DNA of 56,403 nucleotides from Bacteroidales bacterium (GTDB lineage: Bacteria > Bacteroidota > Bacteroidia > Bacteroidales > VadinHA17). Shown piece by piece: positions 32,943 to 42,284 of the stretch (positions are counted from its first letter, which is position 1; every line of letters starts with the position of its first letter). The position numbers and the translations under genes were made by a program. The notes beneath the pieces were generated by a model, which was not told where the DNA came from, made no database searches, and saw nothing but the letters and a program-made list of their open reading frames with translations. The stretch covers positions 1 through 56,403 of the forward strand of contig JAMOUS010000060.1 of the NCBI GenBank assembly GCA_027067975.1, read 5' to 3'.

Positions 32943-33854
32943 ATGAAAAGAACAAAATGCTTTTTTATTGGGGGGATGCTCCTGACCATAAACATCTCCC
33001 TTACCGCCCAAACGGATACCCTCTTCCCTCCCTTCGATGGATATCACATCCTCCATGAATACCCTGTTTATCACGGGGAGAATCTGTGGGATTATATCGA
33101 CGGAGCGGCGGACAATTATCTTAATTACCATTTTCAGGACCTGCATGTTGCCGAGTATGCCAAGGGGAAAGACCGCATTTTTTACAAGGTGGAGATTTAC
33201 CGCCATGAGGATCCGCTGTATGCTTTCGGCATCTACAGTTCGGAACGGTCGCCGGAATACCGTTTTGTGAAGATCGGCACCCAGGGTTTCGAGGAAACGG
33301 GACAGTTGTTCTTTCTGAAGGGTTCACATTATGTAAAGGTGATGGCAGTGAACGAGAGCCGCCGGGGTGAGACGGAACTGGTGGCCCTGGCCCGGTCGGT
33401 GGCCGAACATCTGCCCGGACCGACTGCCTTCCCCTCGGAGTTGCGGCTTTTCCCCGACGAAGGCAAGGTGCCGAACTCCGAGAGGTTCATCGCCTCCGAC
33501 TTCCTAGGATATTCCTTCTTCGAAAAGGTGTTTACGGCCCTTTACCGCATAAACGGAAAGGAGTTCACTCTTTTCCTGGTATACCGGGAGGATCCCGCCA
33601 AAGTGAAAGCCCTGCTCAGTGAGCTATATCGCACTGTCGAGGGAGAAGTCCCGAAAAACCTTCCGGAAGGAGATCGCATTCTCAACGATAAATACAACGG
33701 ACGCCTTTTCATCATCTGGGAAGGAAAACTCCTCTTCGGCTTTCGCGATATCGACGACGAGGCAGTGATCCGGCCTCTCGCCGCCGCACTCCTGTTCCGA
33801 TACCGCACCGGAGAGAGAGATGATCTCTATCCGGGAACATCCCAAAGACCCTGA
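32943..33854 (+). CDS. Hypothetical secreted protein
   Basis: ORF 32817..33854; start chosen at MKRTKCFFIGGMLLTINISLTAQ (signal peptide). No family recognised with confidence. Confidence 0.6.
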   Translation: MKRTKCFFIGGMLLTINISLTAQTDTLFPPFDGYHILHEYPVYHGENLWDYIDGAADNYLNYHFQDLHVAEYAKGKDRIFYKVEIYRHEDPLYAFGIYSSERSPEYRFVKIGTQGFEETGQLFFLKGSHYVKVMAVNESRRGETELVALARSVAEHLPGPTAFPSELRLFPDEGKVPNSERFIASDFLGYSFFEKVFTALYRINGKEFTLFLVYREDPAKVKALLSELYRTVEGEVPKNLPEGDRILNDKYNGRLFIIWEGKLLFGFRDIDDEAVIRPLAAALLFRYRTGERDDLYPGTSQRP

Positions 33855-34046
33855 TTCCGAAGATCTGAAATTCTGTCGTTCCCTGACCAGAAAGAGGAGA
33901 AAGGAGACATGTCTTCATAATTACCACTTTATCAATATTTTAGAAACAACTCCTCCCGTCTTGTCCTGTTAAAAATTCTTAAACATCCCGACTTCTCCGG
34001 ATTTGGTATGCAAATTGAGAGCATTCGGTCAGAAGGAGGAAAGATC

Positions 34047-37000
34047 ATGAAAAAAAGACTTTTCCGGCGTCTGCCGGTTTGGATGAAAGGCTTTTTCCTG
34101 TTTGTTTTTCTTTTGCCGGCACCTGCCAGCGCCCAGTACTTCGGCAGGAACAAGCCTTATTATAAAAAATTCCGGTACAAGGTTTACGAGACCCCCCATT
34201 TCGACATCTATTACTATCTGAAGAACGATTCGGTGCTCAACCAAATGGCGCGGATGAGTGAGGAGTGGTACCGTCTGCACCGTGAGAAGTTTAACATCGA
34301 CTTGAAGGGGCACAACCCCCTGTTCCTTTATAACAACCATGCGGATTTCCAGCAGACCACCACCATTTCGGGTGAGATCGGCATAGGCACCGGCGGGGTG
34401 ACCGAGGTGCTGAAGAACCGCATCGTCTTCCCCATTACCCCGATCTTTGCCCAAACCGATCATGTCCTGGGGCACGAGATGGTACATGCTTTCCAGTACA
34501 CCCTCATCCTCCACGGCGACTCGACCAATATGAGCTCGCTCAACAACCTGCCGCTATGGATGGTCGAGGGAATGGCCGAGTATTTCTCCATCGGCAGCCA
34601 CGATCCCCACACGGCGATGTGGATGCGCGACGCCATACTGCACGACAAGTTCCCCACTTTCAAGGATCTGAACACCGATCCTCGCTATTTCCCCTATCGG
34701 TGGGGCCAGGCGTTCTGGGCTTTTATCGGCAAAACGTGGGGCGATGATCTGATCGTCCCCCTTTTCCAGCGTACGGCCATGGTGGGCTACGAACAGGCGA
34801 TGAAGGATGTGCTGGGCCTGAGCGCCACCACCATCGAAGGAATGTGGAAAAGCGCCTATACCCTTTATTACAAAAAGTTCCTCCCCGACAGTGTGGAACA
34901 CCTGACAGGCGTCAAGGTGGCCTTCCCCGGCAATGCCGGCGACGTGAACGTTTCCCCTTCGCTCAGCCCCGACGGGAAATACCTTGTCTTCCTTTCCGAG
35001 AAGGACGTGATCTCGTTCGACCTCTTCCTGGCCGATGTGGCCAAACGCAAGGTGGTGAAACGCCTTTCGGCCACGGTACAACACCACGAGATCGACGCCA
35101 TGAACAACCTCGAGTCGGCCGGCACATGGTCGCCCGACAGTCGCTACTTTGCCTTCACCGTCTATGACAAGGGCAAGAATGCCTTGGTAATCGTCGATGT
35201 GAAGAGGAACAAGCTCTCGAAGAAGATCTTTGTGCCGGGGGTGCCGGCCTTCTACCAACCGGCCTGGTCACCCGACGGCCGCAGCATCGTCCTCGTGGGC
35301 CTTGTCGACGGCCAACCCGACCTCTTCCAATACTTCCTCGACAACGAGGAGGTGTACAAAATCACCAACGACCGTTACTCTTATCTCCATCCCTGCTGGT
35401 CGCATGACGGCCGTTACCTGGTGGTGGCCACCGACCGCACGCCCGTGCCGACCGACATGCCCTACCTCCATACCAACCTGGCACTGATCGACATGAAGAC
35501 GCACAAGATCACCGTCCTGCCCGTCTTCCCCGGCGCCGACAACCTCAACCCCCTCTTCTCGGTCGACGACCGGTCGATCTTCTTCCTCTCCGACCGTGAC
35601 GGGAAGCGCAACCTTTACCGTTATGATCTGGAGACGGGCAAGGTGTTCCAACTCACCGACTATGAAATCGGCATTACCGGCATCACCCAATACTCTCCGG
35701 CCGTGAGCATCTCTCGCCACGACAACGAGCTGGTCTATTCATATTATTCCGACAACAAATACACCATCTACAAGGCCTTGGTGAGCGACTTCCCCGAGAA
35801 AGAGGTGTCACCCGAGTCGGTCGACTTCGAGGCCGGCATCCTGCCTCCCCTACGCCATGTGGGGGTGAACATCGTCGACCGCGGGCTGATGCACCGCGAG
35901 CCCCTGACGGCCATCCACCCCGAGGATTACCTTAAGAAACCCTACAAAGCCCGTTTCCAGCTCGACTATATCTCCAACGTACAGGCGGGGATCAGCACCA
36001 ACAGTTTTGCCCGCGGCATGACCGGCAGTGTCTTTGCCATCTTCAGCGACATTGCCGGCACCCAGCAGCTTTTCACCGCGCTGGCTCTCAACGGGGAGAT
36101 CTACGACTTCGGCGGACAGATCACCTACATCAACCAAATGAACCGCCTCACCTGGGGCGCTTCGGTGTCGCATATTCCTTACATGAGCGGATATTCCTAC
36201 GTCAAACCCGACACGCTGCGGATAGGCGACCGTTATTACCTGGTCGACAACCTGGTGTATGACATCATCCGCACTTTCGAGGACAAAATCGAGCTGTACG
36301 CCTATTATCCCATCTCCACCACCAAACGTCTGGAGGCGGGGGTGTCGCAGGCATTTTACTACTATCGCATCGACGAGTGGAACAACTACTACGATCCGGT
36401 CTATGGGACCTACATGGGAGGCAATCGGCACAAACTCCCCGCCCCGAAAGGGTTCAACATGCAGACGGTGTATGCCGCTGCGGTGCTCGACAACTCCATC
36501 AACGGGCTGGCCTCGCCCATGCGCGGGGCACGGGGACGTCTCGAAGTGGAGAAATATTTCGGCGTATATGATTTCCTCGCGCTCACCGGCGACTACCGTA
36601 AATACTTTTACCTGCGCCCCCTCACTGTGGCGGCACGAGGGATCTACACCGGTCGCCTCGCCACCAACGGCCGTCAATTCTCTCTGTACCCCCTGACACC
36701 GAGCTATCCGTGGTATATGCATGGCTACGACAATTACAAGGTATTCGACGGCATGCCGGCCGACCAGGCCAGTTTTATCCTTGACCAGTTTTACGGCAAC
36801 CAAATGGCTGTGGCCAACATGGAGGTGCGGTTGCCCCTGGCAGGACCCAAGCGCCTCGGTCTTATCAAGGTAAAGTATTTCTATACCGAACTGGTTGGCT
36901 TCCTCGACGGCAGCCTCACCTGGGACCGCGGCGACCGCATTAGCCTCGACTACACCGATTACGATCCTTCCAACCGCGTGCCACTCTTCAGCACCGGCTT

Positions 37001-37118
37001 CTCGGCCCGTGTGAACGTCATGGGAGCCATTGTCGTGGAACCTTACTACGCCTGGCCCCTCATCGGCGACCGTATGGGACACGGATACTTCGGAGTAAAC
37101 TTCCTGCCAGGATGGTAA
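34047..37118 (+). CDS. Large envelope protein: HExxH zinc-metalloprotease-like domain, PD40/TolB-like beta-propeller repeats and a C-terminal Omp85-like beta-barrel
   Basis: ORF 34008..37118; start chosen at MKKRLFRRLPVWMKGFFLFVFLLPAPASAQ. HEMVHAF and ...WMVEGMAEY give an MA-clan-like protease motif. PD40 repeats are present (SPSLSPDGKYLVFLSEKD; PAWSPDGRSIVLV; PCWSHDGRYLVVATD). The C-terminal ~400 aa are beta-rich and end ...GVNFLPGW, an outer-membrane-protein-type aromatic terminus. Confidence 0.8.
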   Translation: MKKRLFRRLPVWMKGFFLFVFLLPAPASAQYFGRNKPYYKKFRYKVYETPHFDIYYYLKNDSVLNQMARMSEEWYRLHREKFNIDLKGHNPLFLYNNHADFQQTTTISGEIGIGTGGVTEVLKNRIVFPITPIFAQTDHVLGHEMVHAFQYTLILHGDSTNMSSLNNLPLWMVEGMAEYFSIGSHDPHTAMWMRDAILHDKFPTFKDLNTDPRYFPYRWGQAFWAFIGKTWGDDLIVPLFQRTAMVGYEQAMKDVLGLSATTIEGMWKSAYTLYYKKFLPDSVEHLTGVKVAFPGNAGDVNVSPSLSPDGKYLVFLSEKDVISFDLFLADVAKRKVVKRLSATVQHHEIDAMNNLESAGTWSPDSRYFAFTVYDKGKNALVIVDVKRNKLSKKIFVPGVPAFYQPAWSPDGRSIVLVGLVDGQPDLFQYFLDNEEVYKITNDRYSYLHPCWSHDGRYLVVATDRTPVPTDMPYLHTNLALIDMKTHKITVLPVFPGADNLNPLFSVDDRSIFFLSDRDGKRNLYRYDLETGKVFQLTDYEIGITGITQYSPAVSISRHDNELVYSYYSDNKYTIYKALVSDFPEKEVSPESVDFEAGILPPLRHVGVNIVDRGLMHREPLTAIHPEDYLKKPYKARFQLDYISNVQAGISTNSFARGMTGSVFAIFSDIAGTQQLFTALALNGEIYDFGGQITYINQMNRLTWGASVSHIPYMSGYSYVKPDTLRIGDRYYLVDNLVYDIIRTFEDKIELYAYYPISTTKRLEAGVSQAFYYYRIDEWNNYYDPVYGTYMGGNRHKLPAPKGFNMQTVYAAAVLDNSINGLASPMRGARGRLEVEKYFGVYDFLALTGDYRKYFYLRPLTVAARGIYTGRLATNGRQFSLYPLTPSYPWYMHGYDNYKVFDGMPADQASFILDQFYGNQMAVANMEVRLPLAGPKRLGLIKVKYFYTELVGFLDGSLTWDRGDRISLDYTDYDPSNRVPLFSTGFSARVNVMGAIVVEPYYAWPLIGDRMGHGYFGVNFLPGW

Positions 37119-37680
37119 GGCGACAAGGCCAAGACAAAAGACAAAAGGATATAGATAAAAGAAGGCCCGCCTTCGTCCGGTCACCCGGACTCCGGCGGAC
37201 GAGGAAGGCAAAAGGCAACCGTTTTTAGTATCGAGTTCGGAGTATGGAGTATCGAGTATCGAGTATCGAGTTTTCGTAGTACCAGCCTATCCCACGCTCC
37301 CCTCCGCTAGTTTTCCGGCGGCATCCAAATAGGCCTGTCTACCCTTACGCCACTCATCTGGATTGCCCCAAATGTACTTTCTTACCGATTGAATATTGGA
37401 GCATTGGAATTTGTAGTTTGGAATTTATTTGGAATTTGGAATTTTCCCGAAGGGATGCCTTCGGCAGGAATTTGGAATTTTCCGAAAAGGATGCCTCCGG
37501 CAGGAATTTTCCGAAAACTCCCAACTCGATACTGGGAACTCCGAACTCGGTACTTTGCCGGTAAGGCAAAAGGGTTAAGGCAAAAGGCAAAAGTGGAGTA
37601 TCGAGTTTGGAGTATCAAGTCAATTCCACCATCGTCTTTCGCATCGCCTCCGGCTCGCGAAAGCCGGGTGTCACTGACTT
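37119..37680. repeat. Mosaic intergenic repeat, locus D (largest; modules in both orientations)
   Basis: 37121-37160: reverse CTTTTGTC/CTTTTATC module. 37167-37209: GC-rich hairpin. 37227-37271: forward heptamers. 37406-37445: GGAATTT-type run. 37436-37515: two ~37-bp repeats, the first with hairpin CCGAAGG..CCTTCGG. 37521-37551: reverse heptamers. 37552-37594: reverse CTTTTGCC module with TTGCC..GGCAA. 37595-37620: forward heptamers. 37621-37680: reverse complement of the hairpin-1 module of the 13.6-kb array. Confidence 0.9.
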
Positions 37681-37683
37681 TAT

Positions 37684-40134
37684 TCATTCCCCCATCACCA
37701 CCACGGTGACGCCGGCGCCGCCGCGGTCGACATGTTCGTCGTGGCACCGTTCCACCAGCTCATGGGCGTGCAGGAAATCACGTATGGCTTCGCGCAGGAT
37801 ACCGTTGCCCTTACCGTGGATGATACGCAGTTCTTTTTCGCCGACCATGACGGCTTCGTCGAGGAAAGCGGTGACTTCCTGCAGGGCTTCTTCGACGCGT
37901 TTTCCGCGTATGTCGATCTCGGGACGGAAATGGATGCGGCGTTGCCGCATCTCCTCTTGCCATGGCGCCGGAGAGGCGCTGCGCCGCTGCCGCCGGCGGT
38001 ACTCCTCCTCACTCACCCCTTCCAGCTTGCCGGCAGCGACGTGGGTGGTGAGGTTGCCAAACGCCACCAGGCAGGTATCCCCCTTGACCGAGATCACCTC
38101 ACCCACCGTGTCGGTCCCTTTCATCCGCACCTTGCTCCCTGCGCGGAGGGAGAGGGTCGGGGCAGAGATCTCGGGCTCATGCTTTTTGCGGTGGCGTCGC
38201 ACCTCGCGGAGGTGTTGTTCCAGGCTCTTCTCCTCGGGAGGGTTCTGCTGCAACCGTTCTTTCAGCGCCTCCAGCTCCCGGCGGGCGGTGCGGGTACGTT
38301 CCTTCTCGGCCTGGGCTTCGCGGATCTCACGGATGGTACGTTCGATCTTGCGGTTGACGTCGGAGAGGAGCCGCCCCGCCTCCTCCTGGGCCTTGTCGAG
38401 GATCTCCCGGCGGCGGCGGCGCAGCGCCTCCATCTCCTGCTCATACTCCTCCAGCAATGCCTCCAGCCTTTTCTCCGCCTGCCGGATGCGACGGCGTTTG
38501 CTCTCCCAATAGCGTTTGTCGCGGAGGATCTCTTTGAGATGTTTGTCAAAGAGGACATGCTCCTCCCCCACCTTCGAGGCCGCCTCTTGCAGCACCTCCT
38601 CCGGCAGGCCGATGCGCCGTGCCATCTCGAAGGCGAAAGAACTGCCCGGCTTCCCGATATCCAGACGGTAGAGCGGCTGCATGTTGCCATGGTCGAAGAG
38701 CATCGCACCGTTGACGATGCCCTCTTCCGAGGCGGCCAGGTGCTTGAGGTTGGTATAGTGGGTGGTCACCACGCCATAGACGCCCTTGGCGTTGAGGCGC
38801 CGCAAGACGGTCTCGGCCAGCGCCCCGCCGAGCATCGGCTCGGTGCCGGTACCCAGCTCGTCCATGAGCACCAGGGTGGCAGGACCCGCATGGCGCAAAA
38901 AGTGTTTCATCGCCAACAGGCGTGAGCTGTAGGTACTCAGGTCGTTCTCGATCGACTGTTCGTCGCCCATGTCGAGGAAGATGCGGTCGAAGATCCCGAA
39001 GCGGCTTCCCGCCGCCACCGGCACGGGCAGGCCGCACTGCAACATGTATTGCAACAGGCCCACCGTCTGCAGGCATACCGATTTTCCGCCTGCGTTGGGA
39101 CCGGAGATGACGAGGATGCGTTGGTGCCCGTTCAGCTCGATGTCGAGGGGCACCACCTGGCGGCCCTCTTTCCGGAAGTTGACCACCAGCAGCGGGTGAC
39201 GGGCCTGGTGCCAGGCGACGAGGGGTCTCTCCTCCACCGCAGGGACACTCCCCTGGAGGTCGCGGCCGAAGAGGGCCTTGGCCCGCACCAGGTCGATCTC
39301 TCCAAGCCGGGCAGCGGAAGCAAGCAGTTCAGGCACATACGGACGCACCTGGCGGGTGAGCTCCTGCAGGATCCGTTCGATCTCCCGTTCCTCGGCAAAG
39401 CCCAGGGAACGGATGTCATTGTTGATCTCAACGATCTCTGCCGGTTCGACATAGACGGTACGTCCCGTAGCCGACTCGTCGACGATGATGCCGGGAATCC
39501 GGCGTTTGTGGGTGGCAGGCAGGGGGATGACCATACGCCCCTGCCGCAAGGTGGGGGCGGCGTCGTCCTCGACCCATCCGGCCCGGCGCGCCTGTTGCAG
39601 GATCCCCTGCAGCCGGGCAGAGAGTCCCTGGCGACGGGCAGAGAGTTCGGCCCGGATCCTGCGCAGCGCGGGCGAGGCCGTATCCTTTACCGTACCCCGC
39701 GGTGTGAGCACCCGGTCAATGTGCTCCAGCAACACCGGATAATAACGCACCGCCCCCATCATCTCCCGCAAACGGGGATACCGCTCCCCATCCAGACCTT
39801 TCGCAAAGCGGGCCACCGCCCGCATGGTCTCCAGCGACCGCCGCAGGTCGTAAAGCTCCTCTATGCTCATTACCGTCCCCTCGGCGGCGATGCGTTCCAG
39901 CACCGGCGTCATGTCGATCATGCTCCCGGCAGGGAGGTCTTTCCCCTCTTCCAGCAAGCCCATGAACTCTTCCGTCACGTGCAGAACTTCCCGGATGCGG
40001 CCGGCTTCCGTCGCAAAGGAGATCTTCTCCAGCTCCCGTTCCCCCATGGGCGAAAGCAGATGACTCCCCACCAGGCGGCGGATATGCCCGAACCCCAACT
40101 TCTCCTCTATGTTGTCAGGATAGTTCCCCGTCAT
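37684..40134 (-). CDS. mutS2: Endonuclease MutS2 (MutS domain V ATPase + C-terminal Smr domain)
   Basis: 816-aa ORF. Walker A ISGPNAGGKS, DELGTGTEP, a long K/E/R coiled coil, and Smr: EIDIRGKRVEEALQEV...LRIIHGKGNGILR. Confidence 0.95.
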   Translation of the reverse strand: MTGNYPDNIEEKLGFGHIRRLVGSHLLSPMGERELEKISFATEAGRIREVLHVTEEFMGLLEEGKDLPAGSMIDMTPVLERIAAEGTVMSIEELYDLRRSLETMRAVARFAKGLDGERYPRLREMMGAVRYYPVLLEHIDRVLTPRGTVKDTASPALRRIRAELSARRQGLSARLQGILQQARRAGWVEDDAAPTLRQGRMVIPLPATHKRRIPGIIVDESATGRTVYVEPAEIVEINNDIRSLGFAEEREIERILQELTRQVRPYVPELLASAARLGEIDLVRAKALFGRDLQGSVPAVEERPLVAWHQARHPLLVVNFRKEGRQVVPLDIELNGHQRILVISGPNAGGKSVCLQTVGLLQYMLQCGLPVPVAAGSRFGIFDRIFLDMGDEQSIENDLSTYSSRLLAMKHFLRHAGPATLVLMDELGTGTEPMLGGALAETVLRRLNAKGVYGVVTTHYTNLKHLAASEEGIVNGAMLFDHGNMQPLYRLDIGKPGSSFAFEMARRIGLPEEVLQEAASKVGEEHVLFDKHLKEILRDKRYWESKRRRIRQAEKRLEALLEEYEQEMEALRRRRREILDKAQEEAGRLLSDVNRKIERTIREIREAQAEKERTRTARRELEALKERLQQNPPEEKSLEQHLREVRRHRKKHEPEISAPTLSLRAGSKVRMKGTDTVGEVISVKGDTCLVAFGNLTTHVAAGKLEGVSEEEYRRRQRRSASPAPWQEEMRQRRIHFRPEIDIRGKRVEEALQEVTAFLDEAVMVGEKELRIIHGKGNGILREAIRDFLHAHELVERCHDEHVDRGGAGVTVVVMGE

Positions 40135-40150
40135 AGAAGGCCTTGGATAT

Positions 40151-40195
40151 ACCTATTTAAATATCTATTTAAACACCTATTTAAATACCTATTTT
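40151..40195. repeat. AT-rich 12-nt direct repeat x3.75 immediately upstream of mutS2
   Basis: ACCTATTTAAAT (40151-40162), ATCTATTTAAAC (40163-40174), ACCTATTTAAAT (40175-40186), ACCTATTTT (40187-40195). The block ends 16 nt from the mutS2 start codon (40134) and sits in otherwise GC-rich DNA. Confidence 0.9.
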
Positions 40196-40221
40196 CAGGC
40201 AGCGGCATTCTAGATGAAGGA

Positions 40222-40893
40222 TCAGAAGTTCAGTTCGATGGTGAGCAGGCTCACGGGGTTCCACCGGATGAAGAAAAGGTCGTTGCGAACCTTTTCTTCG
40301 CGGGGCACCCCTTCCTGGTCCCAGGTAAAGTCGGTGCCTTTTTCGTGGTTATAGCCCATTTCGGCATTGGTTTCGATCGAGAAGGAGAGTACGTCCGTCG
40401 CATGGAGGGTGATGCCGGCGATGGGCATGAGCACCCCGCCCAGGCGCCGTGTTTGCAATTTACGGTAATCTCCCGCAATCACGCCACCGTTCTCGGTGTA
40501 CTTTACCGCACTCATCATCATCAGGTCGACTGCCAGGTAAGGTTCCAGAACTTTTCCCGCAAAACGGTATCCCCAGCCACCGCCCATCTGCACGTCGGAA
40601 TAGAGGTTGACTTTCATGTTGTCGGTGACCGATTCGTCACGGTTGCGCTGGAAATAATCGAAACGTGCCCGGACAAAATACCCGCTTCCGATATCACGGC
40701 GGTAGACGAGGCCGTGGAAGATCACCGGCCAGAACTCCTCCTGGTCGTCGATGACGGGCCGGGAGATATAGCTAAAGAAGTTGATCCCGATCATGTTCCG
40801 TGACAACTCCAGGTCGGAGAGCTGGGCTTTCACGGCAGGGAATGTCGTCAGGAGCAGCAATATAATGACGGCACGCAGGAAGATATCTCTCAT
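40222..40893 (-). CDS. Hypothetical outer-membrane beta-barrel protein
   Basis: 223-aa ORF with signal peptide MRDIFLRAVIILLLLTTFPAVKAQ. It has an alternating beta-strand pattern and a C-terminal ...LLTIELNF, the terminal Phe typical of outer-membrane proteins. Confidence 0.65.
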   Translation of the reverse strand: MRDIFLRAVIILLLLTTFPAVKAQLSDLELSRNMIGINFFSYISRPVIDDQEEFWPVIFHGLVYRRDIGSGYFVRARFDYFQRNRDESVTDNMKVNLYSDVQMGGGWGYRFAGKVLEPYLAVDLMMMSAVKYTENGGVIAGDYRKLQTRRLGGVLMPIAGITLHATDVLSFSIETNAEMGYNHEKGTDFTWDQEGVPREEKVRNDLFFIRWNPVSLLTIELNF

Positions 40894-40945
40894 GGTCTAT
40901 TACCGGTAGTTAGGGACAAAGGTACGATTTCCGGTGGAATATCGC

Positions 40946-42220
40946 TCATTTTTTCAATCGCACCAAGGGGTAGAGTCCCAGCAAGAGGAGGGCGGTAAGG
41001 GCAAGGCTTTCTCCCACCCCGAGGGTGTCGGCGAGGAAACCGGTGAAGGGGGCGATGAGTGCGGCAAAGAGGCTGCGCACCTGCGACTCGGTGCTCAGGA
41101 CGGTTGCGAGGATATCGGACCGGAAGAGCGAAGAGACATAGGCGACCCCAACCGGCCTCCGCAGGTTCTCCAACATGTACATTGCCGTAAAAGGCAGGAT
41201 GACGCTCCACCGCCAGTGACCGGGCAACAGGAAAAAGAGGCCGGCGGCCATCACCAGCAGCAGGCCGGTGACGAGGGTGCGGTTGAGGGCCCGGCCGAGG
41301 TCGCCGGTCCGTCGGGCAAAGTGACCGGCATGACGGGAAGCGAACGATGAGGCCAGGTAAAGGACGAAAAAGATCGTTCCGATGATCAATGCCGAAACCT
41401 GTTTTTCATCGCCGGCATGGGTATGGAGCGCCAGCACGGCCGCCAGCGCCGCCAGCTCGGGCTGCAGATAGTCTTTCAGCGCGCGGAACGTGCCGCTGTA
41501 CAAGGCCAGGTTGGAAAGCACTTTGCGATGATCCCGCTGCCGCAGTTCCTCCACCACCTCGGCCACCAGAGCACGAAAAGCCTGCCCCATACTCCCGTGC
41601 CGGACAGAACGCACCTGCCCGTCCAGCGCCCGGGGATAGCTCATCAGCAACAAAAGATCGAGGATATACGGTACCGTGGAAAAAAGGAATGCCGCCGCAT
41701 AATTCCCCGACCCAAAGACAATGCCCGCCGCCAGCAGCGAGGAGAGGGCCGAACCCATCTGCGACCACGAGCGGGTGTGACCGTAATAGTAAACCTTCTG
41801 ATCCTCCCACCCTTTCAGCTTAAGATACTCAAAGATCATGGCCTTGTGCGTACCCGAACGGAAAGCATCCCCCGACGAATAAAATACCATCGCCACCACA
41901 AAAAGCCAATAGGATGCGGTGAGGTAAAAGATCAGGAAGGCCACAATGTAAAAAAGGAAAGCGGCGATCAGGGTGCGGCGGCGCCCCAACATGTCGGCCA
42001 CCATGCCGGTGGGGATCTCCAACACATTGCGCAACACCTCCCGCACGGTGATCAGGGTGCCGATCTGCAAGTAGGTAAGCCCTTTCTCCAGAAAGAACAG
42101 ATAGAGGAACGGCTCGAAGAAACGCAGGTTCTTCAGGAAACCGTACGCACAGAACTTGTAGAACTGCAGATCTTTGTTGAATCTCCGTCCCATACCTCCT
42201 TTTTCCTTACCGGATAGCAA
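40946..42220 (-). CDS. MFS transporter
   Basis: 424-aa ORF with ~12 hydrophobic segments. The MFS loop motif is GMVADMLGRRRT. An alternative start at Met10 is possible. Confidence 0.85.
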   Translation of the reverse strand: MLSGKEKGGMGRRFNKDLQFYKFCAYGFLKNLRFFEPFLYLFFLEKGLTYLQIGTLITVREVLRNVLEIPTGMVADMLGRRRTLIAAFLFYIVAFLIFYLTASYWLFVVAMVFYSSGDAFRSGTHKAMIFEYLKLKGWEDQKVYYYGHTRSWSQMGSALSSLLAAGIVFGSGNYAAAFLFSTVPYILDLLLLMSYPRALDGQVRSVRHGSMGQAFRALVAEVVEELRQRDHRKVLSNLALYSGTFRALKDYLQPELAALAAVLALHTHAGDEKQVSALIIGTIFFVLYLASSFASRHAGHFARRTGDLGRALNRTLVTGLLLVMAAGLFFLLPGHWRWSVILPFTAMYMLENLRRPVGVAYVSSLFRSDILATVLSTESQVRSLFAALIAPFTGFLADTLGVGESLALTALLLLGLYPLVRLKK

Positions 42221-42284
42221 TTTAACACAAAAATAGGGAGATCCTGCTCCGGAATTTGTATATCTTTACGAAAATCATTCAAAA

